This document shows positions 39,796 through 49,866 of a stretch of DNA of 64,000 bases, one piece after another. Within the stretch, counting starts at the first letter, position 1. Each line of letters starts with the position of its first letter. The notes beneath the pieces are model-generated. The model saw nothing but the letters and a program-made list of their open reading frames with translations. It was not told where the DNA came from and did not search any database. Both the position numbers and the translations under genes were made by a program. Source of the DNA: Promethearchaeota archaeon (GTDB lineage Archaea; Asgardarchaeota; Lokiarchaeia; Sigyniarchaeales; SOKP01); the NCBI GenBank assembly GCA_019058295.1, contig JAHPZI010000023.1, forward strand, positions 1 to 64,000. The letters run 5' to 3'.

Positions 39796-40152
39796 TTAAT
39801 CCTCATTAGGTTGAAAATTTTTGATGCTACTTACATTTTTATTCGAATCGATTGTTATAGCAAGTACATTGATTTTATCACTTTCATCTTGCTCTGGATC
39901 TTCCATAAGAAAATAGAATGTATTTTTAGAAATTTCATACCCTATTTCCATATCACCACATGTTTCAGGTAAAATTTTTCGAATCTCCTCGGGGGCTATT
40001 TTTAATAATTCAGAATAAACTGAATCCTCAATTTTTCTTTGTTCCTTCCTAATTTCTTTGATAGATTCGAATTCAAATTGCCCAAACGATTCGCCAACTT
40101 TAGAATTCAAATCATTCCATTTTTTAAATAATTCTGCTAAATTCTTTTCCAT
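39796..40152 (-). CDS. Hypothetical protein
   Basis: ATG ORF ending 5 nt before the HDAC-family gene. Confidence 0.7.
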   Translation of the reverse strand: MEKNLAELFKKWNDLNSKVGESFGQFEFESIKEIRKEQRKIEDSVYSELLKIAPEEIRKILPETCGDMEIGYEISKNTFYFLMEDPEQDESDKINVLAITIDSNKNVSSIKNFQPNED

Positions 40153-40514
40153 GTAATTTTTATTTTTTTATAGAACTTAATATTTTTTATTTGCATTTAA
40201 ATACATTAATTCTTAAATTTAGTTTTATATCCTAAATCTAATTTTGATTTCAATATAATAAATTTCTTTAGTTTTATTAGCCACCTCTAATAGCATTAAT
40301 TAGCTCAATTTAATTGCTGACAACAGTGAGGAGGATTCTGCGAAAAATGAAAATATCCCTAAATCACCAATATTATTTGCAAATGGAAACGAGCGTCAAG
40401 GAAAAGTTTTCACAAAGAAATTATTAATAGATTTATTTATTTTTATTTATTGATTAAAATTATTACATGTTGATTTAAACTCACATTTTTAAAAGAATAA
40501 CTTCATTTTATTTA

Positions 40515-41279
40515 ATGATGAAATTTATTAAATTTTATATACTTTCTAAAGCCTATTATAAAAGATTTCAAAATTTATTTAATAGACATTCAATAATAAA
40601 ATTAATCAAGAATCCTATTAAATGGATTTCGAAAAATAATTATGAATTAAAAATTTTATTAAGATATTCGGTTTTTTACTTATTTATTAATCCTAAATTG
40701 AAATTGATAGATAGAGAGATTGAAGGAATGTCTCTACCAATGAAACAAGGTCGAATACTTTATAATTATGCCAGAAAACTTCCAAAAAACAGTACAATCG
40801 TTGAGATTGGAGCATATTTAGGTCGTTCTACATGTTTTATTGCCGAAGGTATAAAAAATAGAAGAACTCATTTTTATTCAATTGATAATTTCGATTATCA
40901 ATTTTTTATTAAAAACCAATATAAACCTAATTATAAAAATGCTTATCAATATAGAAATGAATATTATAAAAATATTTATCGTTATAGAAATAAAATCAAA
41001 ATTATAAAAGGGTTTTCCTATAATATTGTAAAAGATTTCCAAAATGAAAAAATAGATATGTTTTGGCTTGATGCTTCTCATCGTTATGAAGCTTGTAAAA
41101 AAGATATTGAAGATTGGTTGCCTCTTGTCAATATTGATGGATATTTAATTTTTCATGATTATGGTGAAAAATCAGGAAATATTTCTGTAAAAAAGGCAGT
41201 TGATGAGAAAATAAGAGAAGGAAAATTGAAAAAAATAAAAAGAGTCCAAAATTTACTAATAACTAAAAAAATTGCTTAA
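40515..41279 (+). CDS. Class I SAM-dependent methyltransferase (Methyltransf_24-like)
   Basis: VEIGAYLGRST, LDASHRY and FHDY. Confidence 0.85.
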   Translation: MMKFIKFYILSKAYYKRFQNLFNRHSIIKLIKNPIKWISKNNYELKILLRYSVFYLFINPKLKLIDREIEGMSLPMKQGRILYNYARKLPKNSTIVEIGAYLGRSTCFIAEGIKNRRTHFYSIDNFDYQFFIKNQYKPNYKNAYQYRNEYYKNIYRYRNKIKIIKGFSYNIVKDFQNEKIDMFWLDASHRYEACKKDIEDWLPLVNIDGYLIFHDYGEKSGNISVKKAVDEKIREGKLKKIKRVQNLLITKKIA

Positions 41280-41304
41280 TGTAATTTTTGTTTTATTATA
41301 GAGC

Positions 41305-42867
41305 TTAACCTTTCTTATTTTCATTTAAATACATTAATGAATTAATTAAATCCGCAACACATTGAGCAGTAGGATTTAATTTATTGAAATCAATTTTATC
41401 GAGTGTATCTTCAGCTGTAAGCAGATAATATGGTGAGCGTATCCAATGAATAACTTTTAAATCAGGGCATTGAGCAACAAAATGTCCCGCTTCTCCAATT
41501 GGAGGAGTCGCAAAAAAATTATCTGGAATTAATATCATACGCTCTATTTTATTTTCTTTAAATGCTTTTAATGTATGAGCAATTAAAACTTCATCTTGAG
41601 AAAGAAATACAGCACCAATCGCAAGATTATCAGTTAATTTAAAATCCTGAGTTTTGGGATTTTCCTCAACTTCTTTAGCACACATATGTTCCAAATTCAC
41701 GTCCACCATTACATTTTTTAAAATATTATCTTTATATTTCCGTGTAAATGTTTCTGCTCCAATTCCTCCGTAAAGATGCCCCGCAGTTAATAAAAATAAT
41801 AATGATTTAGGTCTTTTTTCTATAGGGATTTTTGACCATGCTCTTAATTGAGCAAGAACCATTGCAACTCCAGTACCATCTTCTGATGCTCCTTTAAAAG
41901 CCGAATCATGATGAGAGGACACCATTATCATCTCTTCGGATTGCCCAGGTAATACACCCCAAATGTTATTTGCTTTACATGTCTCTTTATATCCTTCAAG
42001 AATTATATTTCCTTGAGAATTAGATGATTTAGCTAATTCTCGAACTTTCATTCCATCATATTTTCCAACATAAAGCGCTGGAACAGGTTTCATTGATCCA
42101 TCATATGGCCCCCAATGACTATTTATATTTGAAGGATAATCTCTTAGAATTAAGATTAGCCCCAATGCTCCTCTTTCAACAGCTCGCCAATACACTGAAT
42201 CACTTCTTGGCAATCCTCCTAATGCTTGTGGAGGGAAGTTAAGAAGAGCAAATGTTAAAGTCATCTCTGTAAATTCATCAATAGACTTAGTTGGATCTGA
42301 AATATAATATGGTTTTGCTGTACTTAATAATTTCCCGAGAGGTAAAGTTGGAAATTCAATATCAGCAACCACAATTTTATCCTTAACATCTTTTCTTTTA
42401 AAGTCCCTTTCTCTGCCTGTACCTACATAAACTAATGGAGCCGTTAATCCTTTTTTATCCGTGAATTCTGTGTTCAATACATAAAAGCATGGAATTTCTA
42501 TTGTTTCATCTTCTGTCATAATACTCAATTTCCAATTAGTAGCAACCCAATTAATGAGTTCAAAAGCTTCTTTTTTCACATTTTTAAGTCCTAATTCTTT
42601 AAATTGCTTTTCTATAAAATTTTCTATTTCATGAGCCTCTTTTGTTCCTATTCTTCTGTGTGGAAGGCTACAAATTTTTTCTAAATCACCTTGAATAACT
42701 TCTAAATTAGGTGCTAAAACCTTAGTATTTGGTTCTTGAATTTCTAATAAGATTTCTTCAGCTTTAGTCCTAACTCTCTCCATTTCAGGAATTATCTTAA
42801 ATAAATTAGAGATAAAAATCTCTTTAGATAATTTAAATTCAGTTAAAGGTTCTTTTCTTTGATTCAT
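41305..42867 (-). CDS. M28-family peptidase-like protein with PA domain
   Basis: HRRIGT, APLVYVG, NIWGVLPG, SSHHDS and GASEDGTG. Confidence 0.8.
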   Translation of the reverse strand: MNQRKEPLTEFKLSKEIFISNLFKIIPEMERVRTKAEEILLEIQEPNTKVLAPNLEVIQGDLEKICSLPHRRIGTKEAHEIENFIEKQFKELGLKNVKKEAFELINWVATNWKLSIMTEDETIEIPCFYVLNTEFTDKKGLTAPLVYVGTGRERDFKRKDVKDKIVVADIEFPTLPLGKLLSTAKPYYISDPTKSIDEFTEMTLTFALLNFPPQALGGLPRSDSVYWRAVERGALGLILILRDYPSNINSHWGPYDGSMKPVPALYVGKYDGMKVRELAKSSNSQGNIILEGYKETCKANNIWGVLPGQSEEMIMVSSHHDSAFKGASEDGTGVAMVLAQLRAWSKIPIEKRPKSLLFLLTAGHLYGGIGAETFTRKYKDNILKNVMVDVNLEHMCAKEVEENPKTQDFKLTDNLAIGAVFLSQDEVLIAHTLKAFKENKIERMILIPDNFFATPPIGEAGHFVAQCPDLKVIHWIRSPYYLLTAEDTLDKIDFNKLNPTAQCVADLINSLMYLNENKKG

Positions 42868-42896
42868 AAATCTCTCATTTGAAGTTTTTTAGTTAA

Positions 42897-43481
42897 TTAT
42901 AAGGGTTTGGCTAATATTGCTTTTACTCTTAAATCTTTAAATTCACTTGTAGGAGCAGGTTTTATTAAGCATACTGTATCAGCCCCCCTTCCTGTACCAG
43001 CAATACAAATAACATCTCTATCGAGATCTGGAATTAATCCGGCATCAACCGTAGTACATGCGATTTCAATACATACTTTTACACCTTGACAAAATTGAGA
43101 GCCTAATATCTTGGCCAGTAAGTCAACAAATTGCCATGCTTCTTTTTTTAGACGGATTCCTCTTTCTATCCCTGACATAGAATGAGTACCACAATGGAAT
43201 TTCAAGCCTTTCTTTTTTAATTCTTCCATTTTATCACCAGGGAATTCTTGTCTTAATTTACTGCCGGTAAAATAATATGCGTGCGTTATTACTACAACAT
43301 TAAAAGTATCTAAATTAAAGACATTTATAGCTTTTTCGGCAGTAGTCCCCGTTGTACTAGCAAGAATAATATCTTTAATACCAAATTGATCTGCATACTT
43401 TTTTGCGATTTCTAATGCTTTATCAGTATTTTCTGGTCCAGTTTTTTCAAAATAAGTAACTTCTATATTTAAATCTGCCAT
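42897..43481 (-). CDS. Pyruvate kinase C-terminal-like (PK_C) standalone archaeal protein
   Basis: YFEKTGPENT, ASTTGTTA, QGVKVCIEI..DAG and AGTGRGADT. Confidence 0.85.
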   Translation of the reverse strand: MADLNIEVTYFEKTGPENTDKALEIAKKYADQFGIKDIILASTTGTTAEKAINVFNLDTFNVVVITHAYYFTGSKLRQEFPGDKMEELKKKGLKFHCGTHSMSGIERGIRLKKEAWQFVDLLAKILGSQFCQGVKVCIEIACTTVDAGLIPDLDRDVICIAGTGRGADTVCLIKPAPTSEFKDLRVKAILAKPL

Positions 43482-43715
43482 TTATTATCAAAACTCTTGA
43501 TTTTTTTTGTTTAGTTTTTAATTTTATATTATACTTTTCTAATAAATTAATTTAATCATTAGATGGATTAATTTAATTTTATAAAAATTGGACTAAAAAT
43601 CTTTTAAATATAGAAAAAAAAAATTATATAATAACAGGGTTAACGGGGTTTAATTTTTTTTTTTTAATAATAGGCTAGAAATCCTTTTAATGCAAAAAAA
43701 CTGTATTAAAAATGT

Positions 43716-46670
43716 ATGTCTAAATTAAAAAAAGGAAATTATCCTTTCTTTCTTTTAACATTTTTAATTAGCGCTATGATATTTGGCTCATTAATGTTTA
43801 ATAATATAACAGAGTTAAATTTCAATCATAATTCCGATGATGTAAATTTATCTATTAATGATAAATTCGAGCTAAAATTAGCAAATAAAGCTCCCAATAT
43901 ACCTCAACTACTTACTCCTGCAAATGAATCATTTGATACTTCAAATATAGTAAAATTCGATTGGACTGATATTGGAAATCCATCCGATGACATTTTTTAC
44001 GAGTTTGTAATGGATAATGATACGGATTTTAGTTCTCCTGAAGCTGCGCGTTTTGCAATTAATGATTGGTCTAATTCTACGATGACAGAAGAACCTTATA
44101 CTACTTTTTTAGCTCATTTTAATGACACGTTAAAGTCAGAGGAAGCGGAGGATCCATTAATGGCAAGTGGATTATCTTACGTTCCTGGAAAATATGGGAA
44201 AGGTATTTTCGTAAATGCGAGTTCAAACGCAGCTTTAGGATATAATATTACTGATAATTTTGACCTATCAATGGGAACAATTGAATTTTGGGTTAAATTA
44301 GAAAACGATTTAGCTGACGTTGCAGATTATTTATTCTTTTTCGATTATGTTATGACCGCCCCCCCTTTTAATGATAATATTACTCGATTCAGTATAGCAG
44401 TTGAACCAGTTACACACAGAGTCTTTGCAATTTCTGCTATTAACGATACATATTATATTCTTATCCCAAATGAAGAAACAGAATGGAAAGCCGGAGAATG
44501 GCACCATATATGTATGACATGGGGTAATAATATGTCGAGGTTATATTTAGATGGAATTGAAGAGGCAGTTTCAACTTATTTTCCGATAGGAACCGGTAAT
44601 TATGATAATAAATTTCATTTAGGATCACAATTGGGATGGGGAAATTGGATTAATGCTACATTTGATGAGGTAAGAATTTCTTCTATTGAAAGGCTTCCTT
44701 TATGGAAACAAGATAGCATTAAAGTTAATGTTACTTATTTTGGACTTCCTTTCCACAGGTATCCTATTTGGAATCTGAATAAAAGTGAATATACTCACAT
44801 GTTTGAACAAGATGATACGTACTATTGGAAAGTCAGAGCTCATAATTCAAGTGGTCCAGGAGAGTGGTCTCAAAAAAGAGTCTTAACAGTTAATAGAGAA
44901 CTAGATATAAAATATCAAGTAGAAATAGAAGTAATTGATAAATACGGGGTTCCAATTCCTAATGTGAATTTAAGCTATTACCAAAAAACATTGAATAAGC
45001 TTATGGGAATTGATGCCAATTATGTTGCTGAAAAAATTGAAAATGGGGACGAATGGTTTCATGAAGGAAGCAAGATAGATATATATAATTTTTTTGGCAA
45101 AAGAAAATCAAATAGTTTTAGGACACGTCTTTGGACTAATGAAGGCGGTAAAAATTGTTTGGAGAACGCTACGCAAATGGCAAAATGGGCACAAGGTAAT
45201 GGCTCAATTCCATATCTTGTAATCTTTTTAAGTGATGATTGGGCGGCAATCGATAACCAACCAATACCAAAAATATTTGAAGGGCTAAGTTTTGAGGAAA
45301 GACTTGCCGAAGTCGAAGAATATTCTAAAAATGTAACTCAACATTTTATCGATGAGGGAGTTAATATGGAATTTTATGAGATTGGAAATGAAATCGATTT
45401 TGGGTTATGTGGGGTTTATGCTACAGATAAAGACCCTCGATATAATCTTACGTGGTTAAGAGAAAACATATGGTATAATGAATCCAGAATAATAAATGCC
45501 AGTATCAAGGGTATTCGGCAAGTTGATCCAACAGCAAAGATTATGCTTCATATTGCAATCTCAGATCCTGCATTTGCTACGGCCTTTTATACGGCAATGA
45601 GAGATTATGGTGTTCCTTATAATATTATTGGACTTTCTCACCACCCAGTAGCGGGGGGAGATGGATCAAATAATGGTTTTAAAGAAACGGTTAAAATCTT
45701 ATCTAGCAGTGGATTACCAGGATCTAATCAAATCGTAATTCCTGAGACCTCTTATTCAAGTCAAAATAACGGTTCAATATATTTTATATATTGGAATAGA
45801 AGTATTACTGGATTCCCATTAACACCCGAAGGACAGAAATCATGGGTATTATATCAACTTGAGTGGAATTATCAACATCCTAATGTTGTAGGAATGAATT
45901 ATTGGAGTCCTGAGTTTTATGATACAATCTGGGAAGGATTCTCTTGGTTTAATATGACTGGGCAAAATAAAGGTATTTCAAAGCCTGTTGTTGACGCCTA
46001 TCCCGAATTTTTTAATTTAAGAAATGTTAGTATATCTGGATGGAACTATTCAAATAACAATGGTTTATTTTTCGTTGATGCTTATAGAGGAATTCTCGAA
46101 TTAAATATCAAATATGGTAATTATAATGAATTATTTAATATTACTATAAGTCCCTTCAGAGATAATGATTTTATAATTAATCTTTCAATAAATATATCTC
46201 CAATAATTAACATTAAATCACCGAATATAAATAGTACATTCGGAAAAAAGGCTCCAGATTTCGATATCGAGATTATAGATCCTTATGTAGACACAAAATG
46301 GTATACATTAAATGGAGGAATAACAAACTATACATTTACAACATTAACCGAAACGATAAACCAAACAGCCTGGGATGAGTTGAGCGAGGGTTTAATTATA
46401 ATTAGATTTTATGCAAATGATTCCGATGGAAAAGTTGGATATCGAGAAATTACAGTTATAAAAAGAATTCCAAAAATAGTTATAGTTGGAGATGATGATG
46501 ACGATGATGATAAAGATGAACCAAATGCGATTCCTATCTTTTATTTAATACTTGTTATTGGTTTAATTAGTATTATATCTGTAATCTTAATTAAAAAGCT
46601 ACTATTGCCTTCAAGGGACAAAAAAATTAAATCTAATAACTCAGACTTGTCTAAAATTTACATAAATTGA
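43716..46670 (+). CDS. Membrane-anchored surface glycoside hydrolase: LamG-like + GH53 (endo-beta-1,4-galactanase-like) + Ig-like
   Basis: N-terminal hydrophobic signal; LamG motifs TIEFWVK, WHHICMTW, LYLDG and FDEVRIS; GH53 motifs RLW, SDDWA, IGNEI and PETSY; poly-Asp followed by a C-terminal TM. Confidence 0.8.
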   Translation: MSKLKKGNYPFFLLTFLISAMIFGSLMFNNITELNFNHNSDDVNLSINDKFELKLANKAPNIPQLLTPANESFDTSNIVKFDWTDIGNPSDDIFYEFVMDNDTDFSSPEAARFAINDWSNSTMTEEPYTTFLAHFNDTLKSEEAEDPLMASGLSYVPGKYGKGIFVNASSNAALGYNITDNFDLSMGTIEFWVKLENDLADVADYLFFFDYVMTAPPFNDNITRFSIAVEPVTHRVFAISAINDTYYILIPNEETEWKAGEWHHICMTWGNNMSRLYLDGIEEAVSTYFPIGTGNYDNKFHLGSQLGWGNWINATFDEVRISSIERLPLWKQDSIKVNVTYFGLPFHRYPIWNLNKSEYTHMFEQDDTYYWKVRAHNSSGPGEWSQKRVLTVNRELDIKYQVEIEVIDKYGVPIPNVNLSYYQKTLNKLMGIDANYVAEKIENGDEWFHEGSKIDIYNFFGKRKSNSFRTRLWTNEGGKNCLENATQMAKWAQGNGSIPYLVIFLSDDWAAIDNQPIPKIFEGLSFEERLAEVEEYSKNVTQHFIDEGVNMEFYEIGNEIDFGLCGVYATDKDPRYNLTWLRENIWYNESRIINASIKGIRQVDPTAKIMLHIAISDPAFATAFYTAMRDYGVPYNIIGLSHHPVAGGDGSNNGFKETVKILSSSGLPGSNQIVIPETSYSSQNNGSIYFIYWNRSITGFPLTPEGQKSWVLYQLEWNYQHPNVVGMNYWSPEFYDTIWEGFSWFNMTGQNKGISKPVVDAYPEFFNLRNVSISGWNYSNNNGLFFVDAYRGILELNIKYGNYNELFNITISPFRDNDFIINLSINISPIINIKSPNINSTFGKKAPDFDIEIIDPYVDTKWYTLNGGITNYTFTTLTETINQTAWDELSEGLIIIRFYANDSDGKVGYREITVIKRIPKIVIVGDDDDDDDKDEPNAIPIFYLILVIGLISIISVILIKKLLLPSRDKKIKSNNSDLSKIYIN

Positions 46671-46875
46671 ATTTAAAATCCGAATTCATCTTTCTTTCAT
46701 TCTAATATATGCAATACTTACAAATAATATTTATATGTTTTAATACAAATGTTAATTTCTTTTTTTGAATAATGGTCTACAAATTCTTTAAATGTAAATC
46801 TTTTTTTTAAAACTCACTATAAATAAAATTAATACATTATTTCAAAAACTTAAGCTTTATTTAAGACGATTTTAA

Positions 46876-48000
46876 ATGGTTAATTTAACAATAAAAGATC
46901 TTTTTAAGGAACCCACAAGATTAGTCTTAGTCGTAATGGGACTTACAGTTTCGCTTCTTATGGTTCTCATTGGTATTGGAATGCTTACAGGTTCAGTAGA
47001 GGAGTCCCAACGTATTATTGATGAATCAGATTACGACGCATACATAATACAATATAATCGAGATAATATAATGGAAGGAGGGAGAGTTTCTGACGCTGTT
47101 TATGATAGAGTTTTAGGACTTAGCGGGGTAAAAGATGTGGATAAGATAATTGATGATTGGATTGGTTTGAAGTTTGGAGATGACGATACTGGTGTTTCAA
47201 TGATAGGATACGATATTGAAAGTGATAATATAGAACCATGGGACATCATAAAAGGTAATAAGGATGATTTAAAAGAGGATAATAATATAATTATTGATCA
47301 ATTAATAACAAAATTTTTTCCGAATGTTGAGATTAAAGACAAATTAAAAGCCGGTGATCTTGATACAAGCTTAAGAATCACGGGAATGAGTCGAAACAAT
47401 CAAAGATTCGGAAGCCCAATGATGTGGACAAATCTAGAAACCGCAAAAAACTTACTTCACATTGTAAATGAAAGTACTTACTTATGTGTTAAACTAAAAA
47501 GCGATTTTTCAGTACGAGATTTAGAAAAGGCCTTGGAAATTTTCGAAAATGAGATTAAAGTAATCTCATCGGAAGAAATGAAAGAAAAAATTTCTGATTA
47601 TATACTTGTCGAAATGGGAATGGCCCAAAGTGTAGGAATATTAGCTGTCATGGGATTTATTGTTTCAATGATTGTTATTTCAATTACACTTTATCAATCG
47701 GTCTCAGATAAACTTCGTGAACTTGTTTCATTGAAAGCTCTAGGAGCAAAAAAGAGCTTTATTAATAAAATTTTAATTGGTCAGACTTTCTTAATTGTAT
47801 CTATTAGTTTTGTCTTGGCCACAATACTAGCATTTTTCTTAGCACCGTATTTATCATCAGTTTCTACATTGGCGGTTAGTGTAAACCCATTATGGGCACT
47901 ATTTACATATGTTCTTTCTTTAATCCTTGGAATAATCTGTTCATTACTTCCTATAAGAAAGGTTCATAAGACAGATCCGGCAATTATTTTTCGAGCGTGA
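46876..48000 (+). CDS. ABC transporter permease, MacB/FtsX (DevC-like)
   Basis: TM1, extracellular domain and 3 TMs; LKALGA and DPAIIF. Confidence 0.88.
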   Translation: MVNLTIKDLFKEPTRLVLVVMGLTVSLLMVLIGIGMLTGSVEESQRIIDESDYDAYIIQYNRDNIMEGGRVSDAVYDRVLGLSGVKDVDKIIDDWIGLKFGDDDTGVSMIGYDIESDNIEPWDIIKGNKDDLKEDNNIIIDQLITKFFPNVEIKDKLKAGDLDTSLRITGMSRNNQRFGSPMMWTNLETAKNLLHIVNESTYLCVKLKSDFSVRDLEKALEIFENEIKVISSEEMKEKISDYILVEMGMAQSVGILAVMGFIVSMIVISITLYQSVSDKLRELVSLKALGAKKSFINKILIGQTFLIVSISFVLATILAFFLAPYLSSVSTLAVSVNPLWALFTYVLSLILGIICSLLPIRKVHKTDPAIIFRA

Positions 48001-48009
48001 GGAAAAAAA

Positions 48010-49125
48010 GTGGTGAATTTAGCGTTTAAAGATTTATTTCATAAGAAAGGCAAATTTGCTTTAATAATTTTGGGTCTTTCATTTAGCATATTTTTTGTTC
48101 AATACAGTGCAGGGATGTTTAATGGTGTTTTAACTACTTCTACTGATATACTTGATAAGTTTAAATTTGATGTTTGGATAAGGGAGGAAGATAGTGATAA
48201 TTTCTTAGACGGAGGATTTGTAAATGAGACTGTATATGATGATGTTAAAATGATGAAAAATGTTAATCATGCAGAGCGATTAATCCTTATAGGAGCTGAA
48301 GCTGAGGATGAGGAGAGAACAACCTTTTGTTATTTTATTGGTTGTGACATCAATAATCCAGATCATGAGATTGGTCCTTGGGATGTAACAAAAGGAAATG
48401 AGGGACTTCTTTTTGAGAATAATACTGTCATGGTTGATGAATCCATTAAGGATTACTTTGATTTAAAGATCAATGATCTTTTAAAAATAGGAAATGTTTG
48501 GATGAAAATTGTAGGTTTTTGCAAAAATGCGAAATTTATGTTCAATGGGTATATTTTTGCCTCTATTGAAACTGTAAGAAGTTTAACTCCTTGGGCAAGA
48601 GACTGGATTACTACTGTAGCAATAAATCTTGACGAAGATTATACAATTGAGGAATTTGAAGATGATGTAGGAGATGATATTTCCCATCATTTAGAAGTCT
48701 TATCTACTAAAGAACTCAAAGAGAACACACATGACATGATTATTAACGAGGGGGGATTAGGTGGTTCCATTTATATAATGGTTGGCATGGGCTTTTTTGT
48801 AGCGTTAATTATTTTATCGGTAACGATGTATCAATCAATACAGGAAAAAATACCGGTATTTGGAACACTTAAGGCTATAGGCGCAAGCAAAGGATATATA
48901 AATAAGATGCTTTTAGGGCAAGTTTTTATATATATTACATTGAGTTTTATTTTGGGCACGATATTAGCTATGCTATTAAGTTTTTTAGCAGGAGCTATAC
49001 CTATAATAGTAGAGCTCCAAACATCTATTATTCTATATATTGCATTCTTGCTAATGGGATTAGTTTGTTCTTCAGTTACAATAATAAAAGTCCATAGAAT
49101 AGACCCTGCGATTGTATTTAAATAA
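48010..49125 (+). CDS. ABC transporter permease, MacB/FtsX (DevC-like), paralog
   Basis: Same topology; GTLKAIGA and DPAIVF. Confidence 0.88.
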   Translation: MVNLAFKDLFHKKGKFALIILGLSFSIFFVQYSAGMFNGVLTTSTDILDKFKFDVWIREEDSDNFLDGGFVNETVYDDVKMMKNVNHAERLILIGAEAEDEERTTFCYFIGCDINNPDHEIGPWDVTKGNEGLLFENNTVMVDESIKDYFDLKINDLLKIGNVWMKIVGFCKNAKFMFNGYIFASIETVRSLTPWARDWITTVAINLDEDYTIEEFEDDVGDDISHHLEVLSTKELKENTHDMIINEGGLGGSIYIMVGMGFFVALIILSVTMYQSIQEKIPVFGTLKAIGASKGYINKMLLGQVFIYITLSFILGTILAMLLSFLAGAIPIIVELQTSIILYIAFLLMGLVCSSVTIIKVHRIDPAIVFK

Positions 49126-49178
49126 ATATTGAATTAATTATATGAAAAAAAATAAAAATAAATAGAGTATGAGAAAAA

Positions 49179-49862
49179 ATGAGTGATAGTGAAATAATTA
49201 GACTTAATGATATTTCTAAACATTATGGCACTGGTGATATATTAGTAAAGGCGTTAAAAAATGCAGAACTTATGATGAAGAAAGGAGAAGTTGCTCTTTT
49301 AATGGGACCAAGTGGAGCAGGAAAAACCACCCTTTTATCAGTAATGGGTCTTCTTCTTCATCCAACATCGGGCGAAATTATTTTTAATGATAAAATTTAT
49401 AATCGTAAAACAAGACAGAAGATAATGACAGAAACACGCCGTAATTCAATAGGATTTATTTTTCAAGCTTTCAATTTAGTCGAATCATTAAATGTTATAC
49501 AAAATGTTGAAATTATGTATAAAATTGGTAAACTCGAGAAGAAAGGATATAAAAAGAAATGTAAAGAAATCTTAGAGATGCTACAAATGGGGCATAGATT
49601 AAAACATGCTTCTAAAGATTTAAGTGGCGGTGAGAGACAACGTGTTGCGATTGCGCGAGCGTTAATAAATGAGCCTATGTTAATTATGGCCGATGAACCC
49701 ACTGGTAACTTAGATTCCGAAAATGGAAGAATTATTGGGGAATACTTCCGAAAAATAGCAAATGAAAGAGGGACAACAATCTTAATTGCTACCCATGATG
49801 AAAGACTTAAATTCTGCGCTGACCGAATTATTCATATGGAAGATGGTGAAATTTTAAAATAA
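49179..49862 (+). CDS. ABC transporter ATP-binding protein (LolD/MacB type)
   Basis: GPSGAGKT, LSGGERQR, ADEPTGNLD and ATHD. Confidence 0.95.
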   Translation: MSDSEIIRLNDISKHYGTGDILVKALKNAELMMKKGEVALLMGPSGAGKTTLLSVMGLLLHPTSGEIIFNDKIYNRKTRQKIMTETRRNSIGFIFQAFNLVESLNVIQNVEIMYKIGKLEKKGYKKKCKEILEMLQMGHRLKHASKDLSGGERQRVAIARALINEPMLIMADEPTGNLDSENGRIIGEYFRKIANERGTTILIATHDERLKFCADRIIHMEDGEILK

Positions 49863-49866
49863 TTAC

